From the NCBI GenBank assembly GCA_030141605.1, contig JAQGDQ010001606.1:1-32715 (forward strand): 32,715 bases of DNA. Direction: 5' to 3'. Source of the stretch: Tubiluchus corallicola (taxonomy: Eukaryota; Animalia; Priapulida). The notes beneath the pieces were generated by a model that was not told where the DNA came from, searched no databases, and saw nothing but the letters and a program-made list of their open reading frames with translations. The position numbers and the translations under genes were made by a program. Shown piece after piece: positions 23,318-32,715 of this stretch. Within the stretch, counting starts at the first letter, position 1. Each line of letters opens with the position of its first letter.

Positions 23318-23733
23318 CAGTTGCCCCTCGTTAAATCGGACCACGTTAGCCCGGATATCGGATAAGACGGACGTCATCCGTGGTAAAGGAAACTGACGGA
23401 AACTAACGAAAGGAAACCCTCGTTAAACCGGACTAATTGGGGGGGGGGTGGTTTAGTCGATTGTCCGATTTATCCGATATGCCTATATGTGGTCTATATT
23501 ATACAGGAATAATCACCTTAATAAGGCCTATATACATTGCCCTATATACTATACTGCATATTACTTTAAAATAGTTAACCTGTGAGGATAAAGAAATTAT
23601 TGTACAGTTGGTAGGCCGTGTTGTGTTTAGCGCTCCGGCTCGGACGGAAATCGATCAGTTTCCTTTACCACGGATGACGTCCGTCTTATCCAATATCCGG
23701 ACTAACGGGGTCCGATTTAACGAGGGTCGACTG
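23318..23733. mobile_element. pogo/Tigger-like MITE with ~80-bp TIRs
   Basis: TA|CAGT…ACTG|TA; long imperfect terminal inverted repeats. Confidence 0.82.
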
Positions 23734-23767
23734 TACTTAATATTTAAAAAAGTATACATGTACGAAC

Positions 23768-23876
23768 TTGACGGTACAGCTATGGCCGTCGTAATGGTGA
23801 ATAAAACCCGGTGCTGTTCTTCTGAGTCGCTGATATGAACCCTACGACAGTAATCTTTCTTTGTTTTTCCCGGCAT
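23768..23876 (-). CDS. CFAP92: CFAP92/KIAA1257-like coding exon 1 (MPGKTKK...HRVLFTITTAIAVPS)
   Basis: ATG at 23876 preceded by acceptor ttttaatctag|TC; donor A|gttcgt, phase 1, in frame with the next exon; resembles the N-terminal 'IS/TxAxP' strand of CFAP92 homologues. Confidence 0.65.
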
Positions 23877-24109
23877 GACTAGATTAAAAGTTTAACAAGT
23901 TGGTTGAAGTGTTTGGAAGTGGTGCTGTATCAGCCTGCAAGTTAACAGATAAATGATTCAACTCTATTAGTGTGAAGGATAATATACAAGAATAAAATAC
24001 CAGAAACTGTTAAAGTGTCTGCTTTGATGTTAGTTGTAAATTAGATCTTTAATAAACACGATTAGATCCCCTTGTACATTGTAATTAGCCTTATTCTATT
24101 ATAAATGTT

Positions 24110-24515
24110 TGCTGATGTTCGTCCTTCGAATCGAAGATGACCATTGTGACAAGGATAAAGGGTCAGTTTGGGGGGTTGTCATTCCTTTGATGAGCTCGAA
24201 GGTGACTGACTAGGCCAATTCTGGCCTGGAAATTTCTTTGGCGTTTGGCACAGGTGAGGCTGGGTGTTTGGTCCTGTTGTTGGGCAGTGTCACATGCCTT
24301 GCGCCTCCTCAATTCTTTTCGCCTCTGCTGTCTTAGCCCCTGAGGTGATGGCACTCCGCCATGCTGAGCGATCTTGTGCAAGGGTTTCCATTGAGCGGAT
24401 ATCCATGCTGAGCTCCTTGAGTGAGGCCTTCGGGCAGTCTTTGAAGCGTTTCTTTGGTCGTCCAACCTTTCTCTTTCCAGACAGAAGTTCTTCATAGAGG
24501 ATCTTCTTTGGTATG
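24110..24515 (-). mobile_element. RTE/BovB-like LINE 3' fragment
   Basis: PKKILYEELLSGKRKVGRPKKRFKD…AQDRSAWR and C2H2-like ARIGLVSHLRAH; 3' end atggtcatcttcgattcgaaggacgaac. Confidence 0.85.
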
Positions 24516-24539
24516 CTACAAATGTTTGCTACACAGGGA

Positions 24540-24989
24540 TTTCTTCTTCTTCTTCCCAGCTTTTCCCTATTCGGGGTCGCCGTTGTCAATGAGTTTTCTC
24601 CACACATTCCTGTTGTTGACCATCTCTTCATTTATGTCTTCCCTCCCCACATGATCTTCACCGACTCTTCTTTACAGGTGTCCATACCATCACAATCTTG
24701 CGAGGCTTCCACTACGTTTACTGTTCCTCTGATATTATTCTTTCTAATTTATCTCTTCTTGTTATTCCCACCATCCATCTCAACATCCTCATCTCCACCA
24801 CACACATTTTCTTCTCTTCGGTCTTCTTTAGAGAAGCTGCTTCCAGCCCATAGGTTAGAGCGGGTCTGACCACTTCTTTGTGGACTTTACCTTTAAGTCT
24901 CACCGACTCATTCATAGAAGGTTTTGGCGCAGTTTTTACAGGCGGATGCCCTTCCTGACCCTAACCCTCCCTACCCCAATGGCTAGGTT
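24540..24989 (-). mobile_element. Non-autonomous bipartite RTE retroposon, copy 2 (twister core deleted)
   Basis: Same internal deletions and same 5' end AACCTAGCCA as copy 1; 16-bp TSD gtttgctacacaggga at 24524-24539 and 24990-25005. Confidence 0.88.
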
Positions 24990-25984
24990 GTTTGCTACAC
25001 AGGGACTAATACCACATAAAGAAAAATGATAATGATTTTAGTACAACCAGAAGGTTAAAATCTACTTGCCTATTGTTGCCACTTATGTGCTTTACTGATA
25101 AATGGCGTAGAAGATTTGTTCATTAATCATTAAAAAATTACATAATTACCAGTCTGACTACTGAATAAACTGCTATACATACAGATTGCAGATAAAATGG
25201 AAAGAGAGGCATATAATATGGTACTTAAAATTATTTCACCCATTGGTTTAACTCTGGCTGATTTTGCACATTAGCTAATGATCTTAATGGGTATATGTGC
25301 GGGTCCAGGGGCGTCGTGCACCAAAAAAAATTAGGGGGGCCCAACTGTATATAATGGCGGAACTTAACTGATTAAAAAACGTATAATTTTGAATTCCCAC
25401 ACCAGTATTTTGCGTGCAAGTAAAACGATTTATTTATTCCCAACTGGCATTTAACTTAAAGCTATAGCTACAGAATTTTAATTAGAATTAAAAATTACTT
25501 GACTGTCGATAATGACTAAATTTTTTCTAAGTGTAAGGAGACGCATCACAATTTAATCAGAGAGAATCGGCTTTCTCATCCAGCTAACACTGCAAGTGTT
25601 TATATAGGAAAGGGGGAAGCAATATCACTGGTCCAGTGCAAGGGGCCAATGGCCAATTACCTAGCGGCATAGCCACGAGAGCAGAGGATAATCAATGCAA
25701 CAATTAGACATTAGATTCAATCAATAATCATACCTATGTGTATATATAATCGCATATCATGCCTACAGTGGGAGATTTCACCGTTCCTCAAAATTTTACA
25801 CCTTATTGATCTCATTACAAGCCGCCGAAACCCTTGAAATTTTTGACATTTTATAAACAATTAGAGGGGAAGTTTCCTAAAGTACAGAAGTCAGAAAGTG
25901 AAAGTCAATAATGAGTATTCAGAATGGTCGACAGTAAACAGTGGAGAAGTTTAGGACACAGTACTAATTCTTAATCTACATTAA

Positions 25985-26593
25985 AGCACAAGAAAACCCT
26001 TCATAAACAGAAAAATTCGTTTTGAAATTTTATATCACTTACATACTGCCTTTTTCCGTGCAGGACTTCAATCGGCAGTCACGCTGTATAAAACATGTAA
26101 ATTTAAACTCCCGCGATGACCGTTAGACGCAGCCATTTTCATGAAAAAGGTCATTTGAAACAAGTTTAGATAACATTTTGTAAAGTTTGAAAAAATAATC
26201 AGAGCATTTGTAGTGCACACGTCACTAACAATATAAAATTTAAAGTTACTGCATCTTGTCAATAAGATTAAAAATACGTTTTTGGTTAGTGAGTGGTGCA
26301 CCCTGTAGGATGAGTCAGCGACATTTTACCAATTTGTGAAAACATTTTAAATAATTAATAATTTTCTTTTCTAGTTACATAAATCTCTCTAGCAGGTAAG
26401 CGAAAATCTAAGTAATACAGATTTGCACGGAAAGTCTTTTGAGATATAATTTAACATTGCGGGAGATTTAAATGAAAACAAACTAAAATTCCATTCAGTA
26501 CGAGTAAGATGTACGCATAAAATTGCTATAAAGTAATATCATTTTTTAAGGTGATTTTTCTGAAACCTATTTAGGTACCCCTTTACTTGTCCT
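25985..26593. mobile_element. Kolobok-like non-autonomous DNA transposon
   Basis: TTAA|AGCACAAGAAAA…TTTACTTGTCCT|TTAA; homologous to 27808-28472. Confidence 0.7.
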
Positions 26594-27319
26594 TTAATGA
26601 AATCTTACAGATCCCTTGTAGTCTAATCCATTTCTTTGCGGATGACAGTAAACTTTATGGAATTTTGCAATCAGAGCAAGATTAATAAAACATTTTTTCA
26701 AAAAGACATTTTCCATCTCTACAATTGATGTGAACAGTTTCAAATGAGATTCAACCCATCAAAATGTCAAGTACTACATATAAACAGCAACAAAAACGAG
26801 AAACACAGATACTACACACCAGATGGAAAGAGGATGCGTGAATTTGGGCCAGAGGAGTGTATGTGGATAAAACCTTTCCTTTGGCAAACATATTTTTGAA
26901 AAAGTAAAACTTGCAAAAATACAATTAGGGATCGTCATCAAAACTTAGATTCATGGACAGTATATTATATATAGAAGGCCTTAATCAGACCTCATCTGTA
27001 GTGTGGAGACTACATCTTGTATGTCATTGCTAAGCTATTGAAGCAAAACAGTGGAGAGCCGCCAAATCAGTCCCAGGATTAAAAGGCATGGAATATTAAA
27101 AACAAAAAAACCAGCAAAGATCTATTAATACCTGATGAAAGGGCAAGGATTGCCAAGAATCTGAGAGGTCACAATAGGAAACTGTTAGAACAGTGAGCTA
27201 ATACCAAATAGATAGATAAATATGCCATACATCGCGTGAAATATCATATTACAATTAAAAAAAAACAGCAAACGTTAAACCGACTTGAAATGATAACATT
27301 ATTCTAAAAAGCGCACAGC
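26523..27319. repeat. Left arm of inverted duplication (reverse complement of 31919-32715; may extend further left)
   Basis: Read-through comparison: same 797-bp length, no mismatch noticed. Confidence 0.95.
26600..27215 (+). mobile_element. Decayed CR1 reverse transcriptase fragment (mirrored at about 32023-32638)
   Basis: FADDSKLY, MRFNPSKCQVLHI and LRGHNRKL motifs interrupted by stops and frameshifts. Confidence 0.8.
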
Positions 27320-27442
27320 CATCTCGTCTAATGCATTGAGATGATATGACTTTAAAATTACGTAACATGTTACGTATCTCATCATTCAGAGCACCGTATA
27401 AACATCTTTCTCCATCAAATGTGTTGGCTTCACATTTGGCTC
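27320..27442 (-). pseudogene. ABTB1: ABTB1 exon 3, truncated in mid-exon (AKCEANTFDGERCLYGALNDEIRNMLRNFKVISSQCIRRD); no BTB-domain exons downstream
   Basis: CEANTFDGERCLYGAL motif; similarity ends at 27320 where the inverted-duplication arm starts; read-through stop at 27255. Confidence 0.85.
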
Positions 27443-27807
27443 CTAAAGAAAATAAGAATACGAAACAAAATAAACTGAAGACGAACATAAGCACTCAATT
27501 ATGGATAAATATAAAAAAACACACAAAACAAATCAAAGTTAGTCCATCCACCTACATTCTGTGGCTCTAATACTGTCTCTACCTGGTATCATGGCAGGAT
27601 AACAAAGCAATAGAAACATTCTCAGAAACACAAAAAATTATTATATGTACATACCTAGCAATAATAATTTTAAAAAAATAAAAATCTTATGCCAGCAAAT
27701 GAAGTAAAAAAGAAACCGTTCTTCTTTTATAACTAATTGTTTACTAAAGTTTCAAACAATACAAATTCACTGCAATCAACAGCACCATTTTCTAACTCCT
27801 TAATTAA

Positions 27808-28472
27808 ATCACAAGAAAACCCTCCACTCACATAAAGCTTAAAAAATTCGTCTCGAAATTTTATACCACTTACATACTACCTTTTCGTATGCATGGCTTG
27901 CATCGGCCGTAACGCTGTATAAAACGTGTAAATTTAAACTCCCGCGATGACCGTTAGGCGCAGCCATTTTAATAGTAGGTCGTTTGAAACAAGTTTTGAT
28001 GACATTAAGTAAAGTTTGAAAAAATAATCAGAGCATTCATTGTATACATGTTGCTAATTAAGTAAAATTTTAAATTACTGTATCTTGCCAATAAGATTAA
28101 AAATACGTTTTCTGGCTAGTGAGTGGCGCACCCTGGAGGGTGAGCCAGCGACATTTTACCAATTAGTGAAAACATTTTAAATTATTAGTCTAGTTACTGC
28201 AGCAGGTAAGTGAAATGCTAAGTAATACAGATTCGATTAGCACGGAAAGTTTTTTGTGCCATAATTTAACATTGCCTTTTCTTCTCCTGATTTACGTGTT
28301 TTAGTGACGTCATGTAATGGCGCTGTCGGAACAGTATTGCGGGAGATTTAAAATGCAAACAAACGAAAATTCCTTTCAAAGCGAATGCGATATATGCATC
28401 AAATTGCCTGTAAAGTTGTGTAATTTTTACGATTTTTCTGAAACCCACTTCAGGTGCGTCTTTTCTTGTCCT
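27808..28472. mobile_element. Kolobok-like element, second copy (ABTB1 intron 2)
   Basis: TTAA flanks, same termini and body as 25985-26593. Confidence 0.7.
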
Positions 28473-28730
28473 TTAAACAAGCACTTGCAGCCGATTGCGT
28501 GTAACAGAACCAGAAAGAACCGAAATTGAACGTATCTAAAAATAATGCTGGACTAGCAGAAATAGCACTGTAGGTATGAAAAATGTTAGCTTAAAAATAT
28601 TTAAACTTTTTTGCCATGGATTTCTGAAAATATATAAACAATGTGCTCAAACAAAAACTAAGCATTTTTCAAAAACAATGGCAAAGCCATGATTCTGCAC
28701 TGCATCACATTATAACGCCTACACTTAGTC

Positions 28731-29285
28731 GCAAATAAAAGGGCTTATCCATGACAGTTATACACATAATCTAACCTTGCTCTAACAGATAGCTCACAAC
28801 GTCGTAGTGGCCACACAGACAAGCAAATAAAAGGGCTTATCCATGACAGTTATACACATAATCTAACCTTGCTCTAACAGGTAGCTCACAACGTCGTAGT
28901 GGCCACACAGACAAGCAAATAAAAGGGCTTATCCATGACAGTTATACACATAATCTAACCTTGCTCTAACAGGTAGCTCACAACGTCGTAGTGGCCACAC
29001 AGACAAGCAAATAAAAGGCCTTATCCATGACAGTTATACACATAATCTAACCTTGCTCTAACAGGTAGCTCACAACGTCGTAGTGGCCACACAGACAAGC
29101 AAATAAAAGGGCTTATCCATGACAGTTATACACATAATCTAACCTTGCTCTAACAGGTAGCTCACAACGTCGTAGTGGCCACACAGACAAGCAAATAAAA
29201 GGGCTTATCCATGACAGTTATACACATAATCTAACCTTGCTCTAACAGGTAGCTCACAACGTCATAGTGGCCACACAGACAAGCA
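28731..29285. repeat. 92-bp tandem repeat x6 made of the 3' half of ABTB1 exon 2, its donor and the intron start
   Basis: Units start at 28731, 28823, 28915, 29007, 29099, 29191. Confidence 0.97.
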
Positions 29286-29354
29286 TAATACAACGGTGTG
29301 CTGTCCCACGAATCCCGTATATTCAGGTCAACTTCCTTCTGCTCAACCAGAAAC
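29236..29354 (-). CDS. ABTB1: ABTB1 exon 2, ankyrin repeat ([40 protein letters not shown])
   Basis: [14 protein letters not shown] motif typical of ABTB1; ttccag| acceptor, G|gttaga donor, phase 2-1. Confidence 0.93.
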
Positions 29355-29761
29355 CTGGAACATCCAGAAAAAGTATTCAATTACAAGGCGGTTAACAAGG
29401 CATAAATACGTAATAAAATGAAGGTCACAAAACGGCCTGAAAGAACAGAAGCGGAACAGACATTACTGTCTTTTTTCCTTATAAGGCAAAAACTCATAAT
29501 CAAGCAAAGACTAAGACGGTTCGATGTTTTCAATCCCAAAACACCAGAAATTCCTCAACTTTGGATATAAAGAACAAAATTTAACAAAAAAAGATTTAAA
29601 AACAAAAAACTAATCAGAATAACTAAGTGCATGCTTAAAGGCAAAGTTGGACTACTGTCACTATGATGCAATAACACCACCTGGAAAGTAACCAATGCTA
29701 TCTGTGTGACTATGATTCTGGCTCAGCTGTCATATTTTACATACTAACAAAGAGATACTAT

Positions 29762-30236
29762 CAGGTGCTGTAGGCTTGCGGGATGCCCACACAGTATCTC
29801 GACACTAGGCGGAGGAGCTGCACAAGCAGCCAACGGCTAGAGGGCAGAGGAGGTCAAGTGACGCAACGGCCATGTGTAGCGGAGTAAACCTTCCAAATCA
29901 GGAGTGGAGCCCCGAAGGCGGACCAGTGCAGCATGCTCACTGACTCCGGCAACTCCTGCAGCCAACCTGGTGCCAAACGTATCGCTCCGCTTTCCTTTGG
30001 ACTACACCAGGGAGGAAGAGAGGGGGTTCCTGTTGTCTGGGCAACTCAGGATCTCCATACACCTTGCCCAGGCATGCGCCCTGGAGAGGCCACTCCAGTG
30101 GTTCAAGGATCGCACTGCTCAGTCACAGTCGACGCTGCAGCTCCATCAATGTGATCAGTAACTGACTCTCTTGGTGCACACCCCATTGTCTTCCAAGACA
30201 GAAGGATGCCAACAACAACAACAACAACAACAACAA
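29762..30236 (+). mobile_element. 5'-truncated copy of the 5S-derived SINE with (CAA)n tail
   Basis: Clear alignment to 16588-17019 including the last bases of the 5S head; two short segments absent from the full-length copy. Confidence 0.88.
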
Positions 30237-30369
30237 AGATAACAAAGTTGGAAATAAAAAGCAACGTATTACTCAAATTTCTAAACATTTCATTGATATG
30301 CTAACAGCCTGTCATCTTGTAGATTTTCTGACACTCGCATGATCAATGACAGATGAGCGTATAAGAGAG

Positions 30370-30510
30370 TCTAGCCAACATAGCTAAACATTTTATAATA
30401 TTTCAATGACCAAAAGTCTGGAATGACATTTGTCAATCCTTAATAAATGGCAGATCTATTACTACATTTAAAAAATGCTAAAAAATCAAATTTTAAGTAA
30501 GTATCAGTGA
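30370..30510 (+). mobile_element. Decayed L2/CR1-type LINE 3' end
   Basis: PKVWNDICQSLINGRSITTFKK motif. Confidence 0.5.
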
Positions 30511-31120
30511 GTAATCAAAACTTCTATCAGTATCCATCCTCACAGTAGTGGCAAAACAATGGTGTTATCTTAATCAAGTTATCTTAATTTTACATACTAT
30601 TAATAAATAATAGTCTTTCTATCTTTTATATCATCTCATATATGAGCTTCACTCATTACATCATTTCATTCTGAAGCACTAATGTTTTTTTTATCATACG
30701 ATTCACTTTAAATTTTCAGATTATTTCCATTACTTTTTTTTCTTTCACTGTGTGGGACAATCTAACAAGACCTGCTTTTTGATTGCCCGCAACACATTTA
30801 CATTCGTATATAGGTGAACAGTGTTTGAGGCTTTTCCTGTGCAGTATTTGTTATTTGTATTACGTTCATCGTAGGCCCTTTCACTAGATATTGTATATGA
30901 AACTATTGTAAATGTGTAATGTGAAATAAATGACTTATGACTTAAAGTCAATGGCATAATAGCACAGAACTTTAGATAAAATGCTTGTGCTTAATTCAAC
31001 AGTTAATGCAATATTTAAAGAATAACAATAATTGTTGTTGAATTTAAATGAGAAGTTAAACCGAACACAAGTAAAAACACAGTGACTCAAATCACACATT
31101 GCAGACAATTAATCACCTAC

Positions 31121-31176
31121 CGAACATGATCCAAGTCTCCTCTGCGACAACTCTGGAACAGTTCATGCTGATCCAT
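31121..31176 (-). CDS. ABTB1: ABTB1 coding exon 1 (MDQHELFQSCRRGDLDHVR)
   Basis: Matches the human ABTB1 N-terminus as I recall it (MGTSDLFASCRKGDVGRVR); acceptor atatag| at 31184, donor CG|gtaggt. Confidence 0.9.
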
Positions 31177-31290
31177 TTCCAGGCCTATATTTGCTTACTT
31201 TGTCATCACCGTATAGTGTATATGTTAACGACATTGCTCTGCATTAGACAAGACCTAGTTTGCATTACAAAATTACAGCACAGGACTAAA

Positions 31291-31409
31291 GTTTACAATT
31301 CCCCACACACAAGAAATTAGTTTGCGAAGCAGATTAAGATTACGGCTGGACGGGGTGGTAAGGATTAGGATTGGGCTAGGGTATTTAAGTTGTGAGGGCA
31401 GTTGTATAC
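31291..31409. mobile_element. Possible tiny MITE with TTAGG-like interior
   Basis: Imperfect ~20-bp inverted ends gtttacaattcccc / gggcagttgtatac. Confidence 0.3.
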
Positions 31410-31799
31410 TCCTTCCCAACATAGAGACAAGCAATATAAATCATTACAGATGCTAATTTGTCATTTTTATACATAATTGCACAGGCCTATTCAATTTTAA
31501 TAAGATAAGTTTAGCAATTTTATGCAAACTAATATATATGACAACAAAATTAATTAGCACAACACCTATGCTATGTATTCTACAGTATAGACATTGGAAT
31601 GCAGTCAAAACAATCCAGGCATTGAAACTAATAAATGATGCTAACTGTTATTTTCACTATAATTATCCAGTTTGAATAATTTTCATAAGATTAGTTCCGC
31701 AATTTTATGCAAACTAATATGTATGACAACAAAAGCAATTCTTATAGCACCAATACTTCTACTAGTACTAGAGCCAAAAATTAAACACGTAGGTAACCT

Positions 31800-31918
31800 A
31801 CTTTACTTCTGTTTTCATCGCGTTTACTACTGTACATAAAGTGCTGTCACCTGTCGGCGGTGCTAAGAACCTGTTGCTGGGATGCAGTAATTTTGTTTAC
31901 AAACTTTATAAACCACGT
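31800..31918. promoter_or_regulatory. Putative (bidirectional) promoter / ABTB1 5' UTR exon region with an X-box-like motif and a forkhead motif
   Basis: GTTGCTGGGATGC at 31873-31885 (one good RFX half-site), TGTTTAC at 31894-31900, several CpGs, minus-strand donor AAA|gtaggt near 31801. Confidence 0.4.
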
Positions 31919-32715
31919 GCTGTGCGCTTTTTAGAATAATGTTATCATTTCAAGTCGGTTTAACGTTTGCTGTTTTTTTTTAATTGTAATATGATATTTC
32001 ACGCGATGTATGGCATATTTATCTATCTATTTGGTATTAGCTCACTGTTCTAACAGTTTCCTATTGTGACCTCTCAGATTCTTGGCAATCCTTGCCCTTT
32101 CATCAGGTATTAATAGATCTTTGCTGGTTTTTTTGTTTTTAATATTCCATGCCTTTTAATCCTGGGACTGATTTGGCGGCTCTCCACTGTTTTGCTTCAA
32201 TAGCTTAGCAATGACATACAAGATGTAGTCTCCACACTACAGATGAGGTCTGATTAAGGCCTTCTATATATAATATACTGTCCATGAATCTAAGTTTTGA
32301 TGACGATCCCTAATTGTATTTTTGCAAGTTTTACTTTTTCAAAAATATGTTTGCCAAAGGAAAGGTTTTATCCACATACACTCCTCTGGCCCAAATTCAC
32401 GCATCCTCTTTCCATCTGGTGTGTAGTATCTGTGTTTCTCGTTTTTGTTGCTGTTTATATGTAGTACTTGACATTTTGATGGGTTGAATCTCATTTGAAA
32501 CTGTTCACATCAATTGTAGAGATGGAAAATGTCTTTTTGAAAAAATGTTTTATTAATCTTGCTCTGATTGCAAAATTCCATAAAGTTTACTGTCATCCGC
32601 AAAGAAATGGATTAGACTACAAGGGATCTGTAAGATTTCATTAAAGGACAAGTAAAGGGGTACCTAAATAGGTTTCAGAAAAATCACCTTAAAAAATGAT
32701 ATTACTTTATAGCAA
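31919..32715. repeat. Right arm of inverted duplication, runs off the window edge
   Basis: Reverse complement of 26523-27319. Confidence 0.95.

Noticed and set aside
23655-23767. Extension of the exon-1 ORF
   Set aside because: Runs past the donor into the pogo-like MITE terminal repeat
27132-27170. CTGATGA followed by a hairpin, possible hammerhead
   Set aside because: No GAAA core after the stem; sits inside the CR1 relic
26523-32715. Pack-type transposon with long TIRs capturing ABTB1
   Set aside because: The arms are a patchwork of old unrelated repeats and no outer terminus or TSD is visible; a segmental rearrangement is simpler, though the outer ends are off-window

Overview
AT-rich, intron-rich genomic DNA from an invertebrate-like animal. 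The minus strand carries 12 phase-consistent coding exons of a CFAP92/KIAA1257-like ciliary gene (23876 down to 189, continuing off the left edge) and the first three coding exons of ABTB1 (31176 to 27320). ABTB1 is cut in mid-exon by one arm of an inverted duplication of at least 797 bp with no difference I could find (26523-27319 vs 31919-32715). The simplest reading is that an ancestral head-to-head CFAP92/ABTB1 promoter was flipped, so ABTB1 exons now lie in phase upstream of CFAP92; an assembly chimera is the main alternative. Introns are packed with repeats: two copies of a non-autonomous RTE-derived retroposon that start exactly at a twister ribozyme cleavage site, a 5S rRNA-headed SINE with an RTE-type tail (3 copies), CR1/L2 and RTE fragments, Penelope-type minimal hammerhead remnants, hAT/Tc2/pogo/Kolobok-like MITEs, a probable solo LTR, and several minisatellites that sit on or copy splice sites. 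All calls are by eye and from remembered family motifs; no searches were run.
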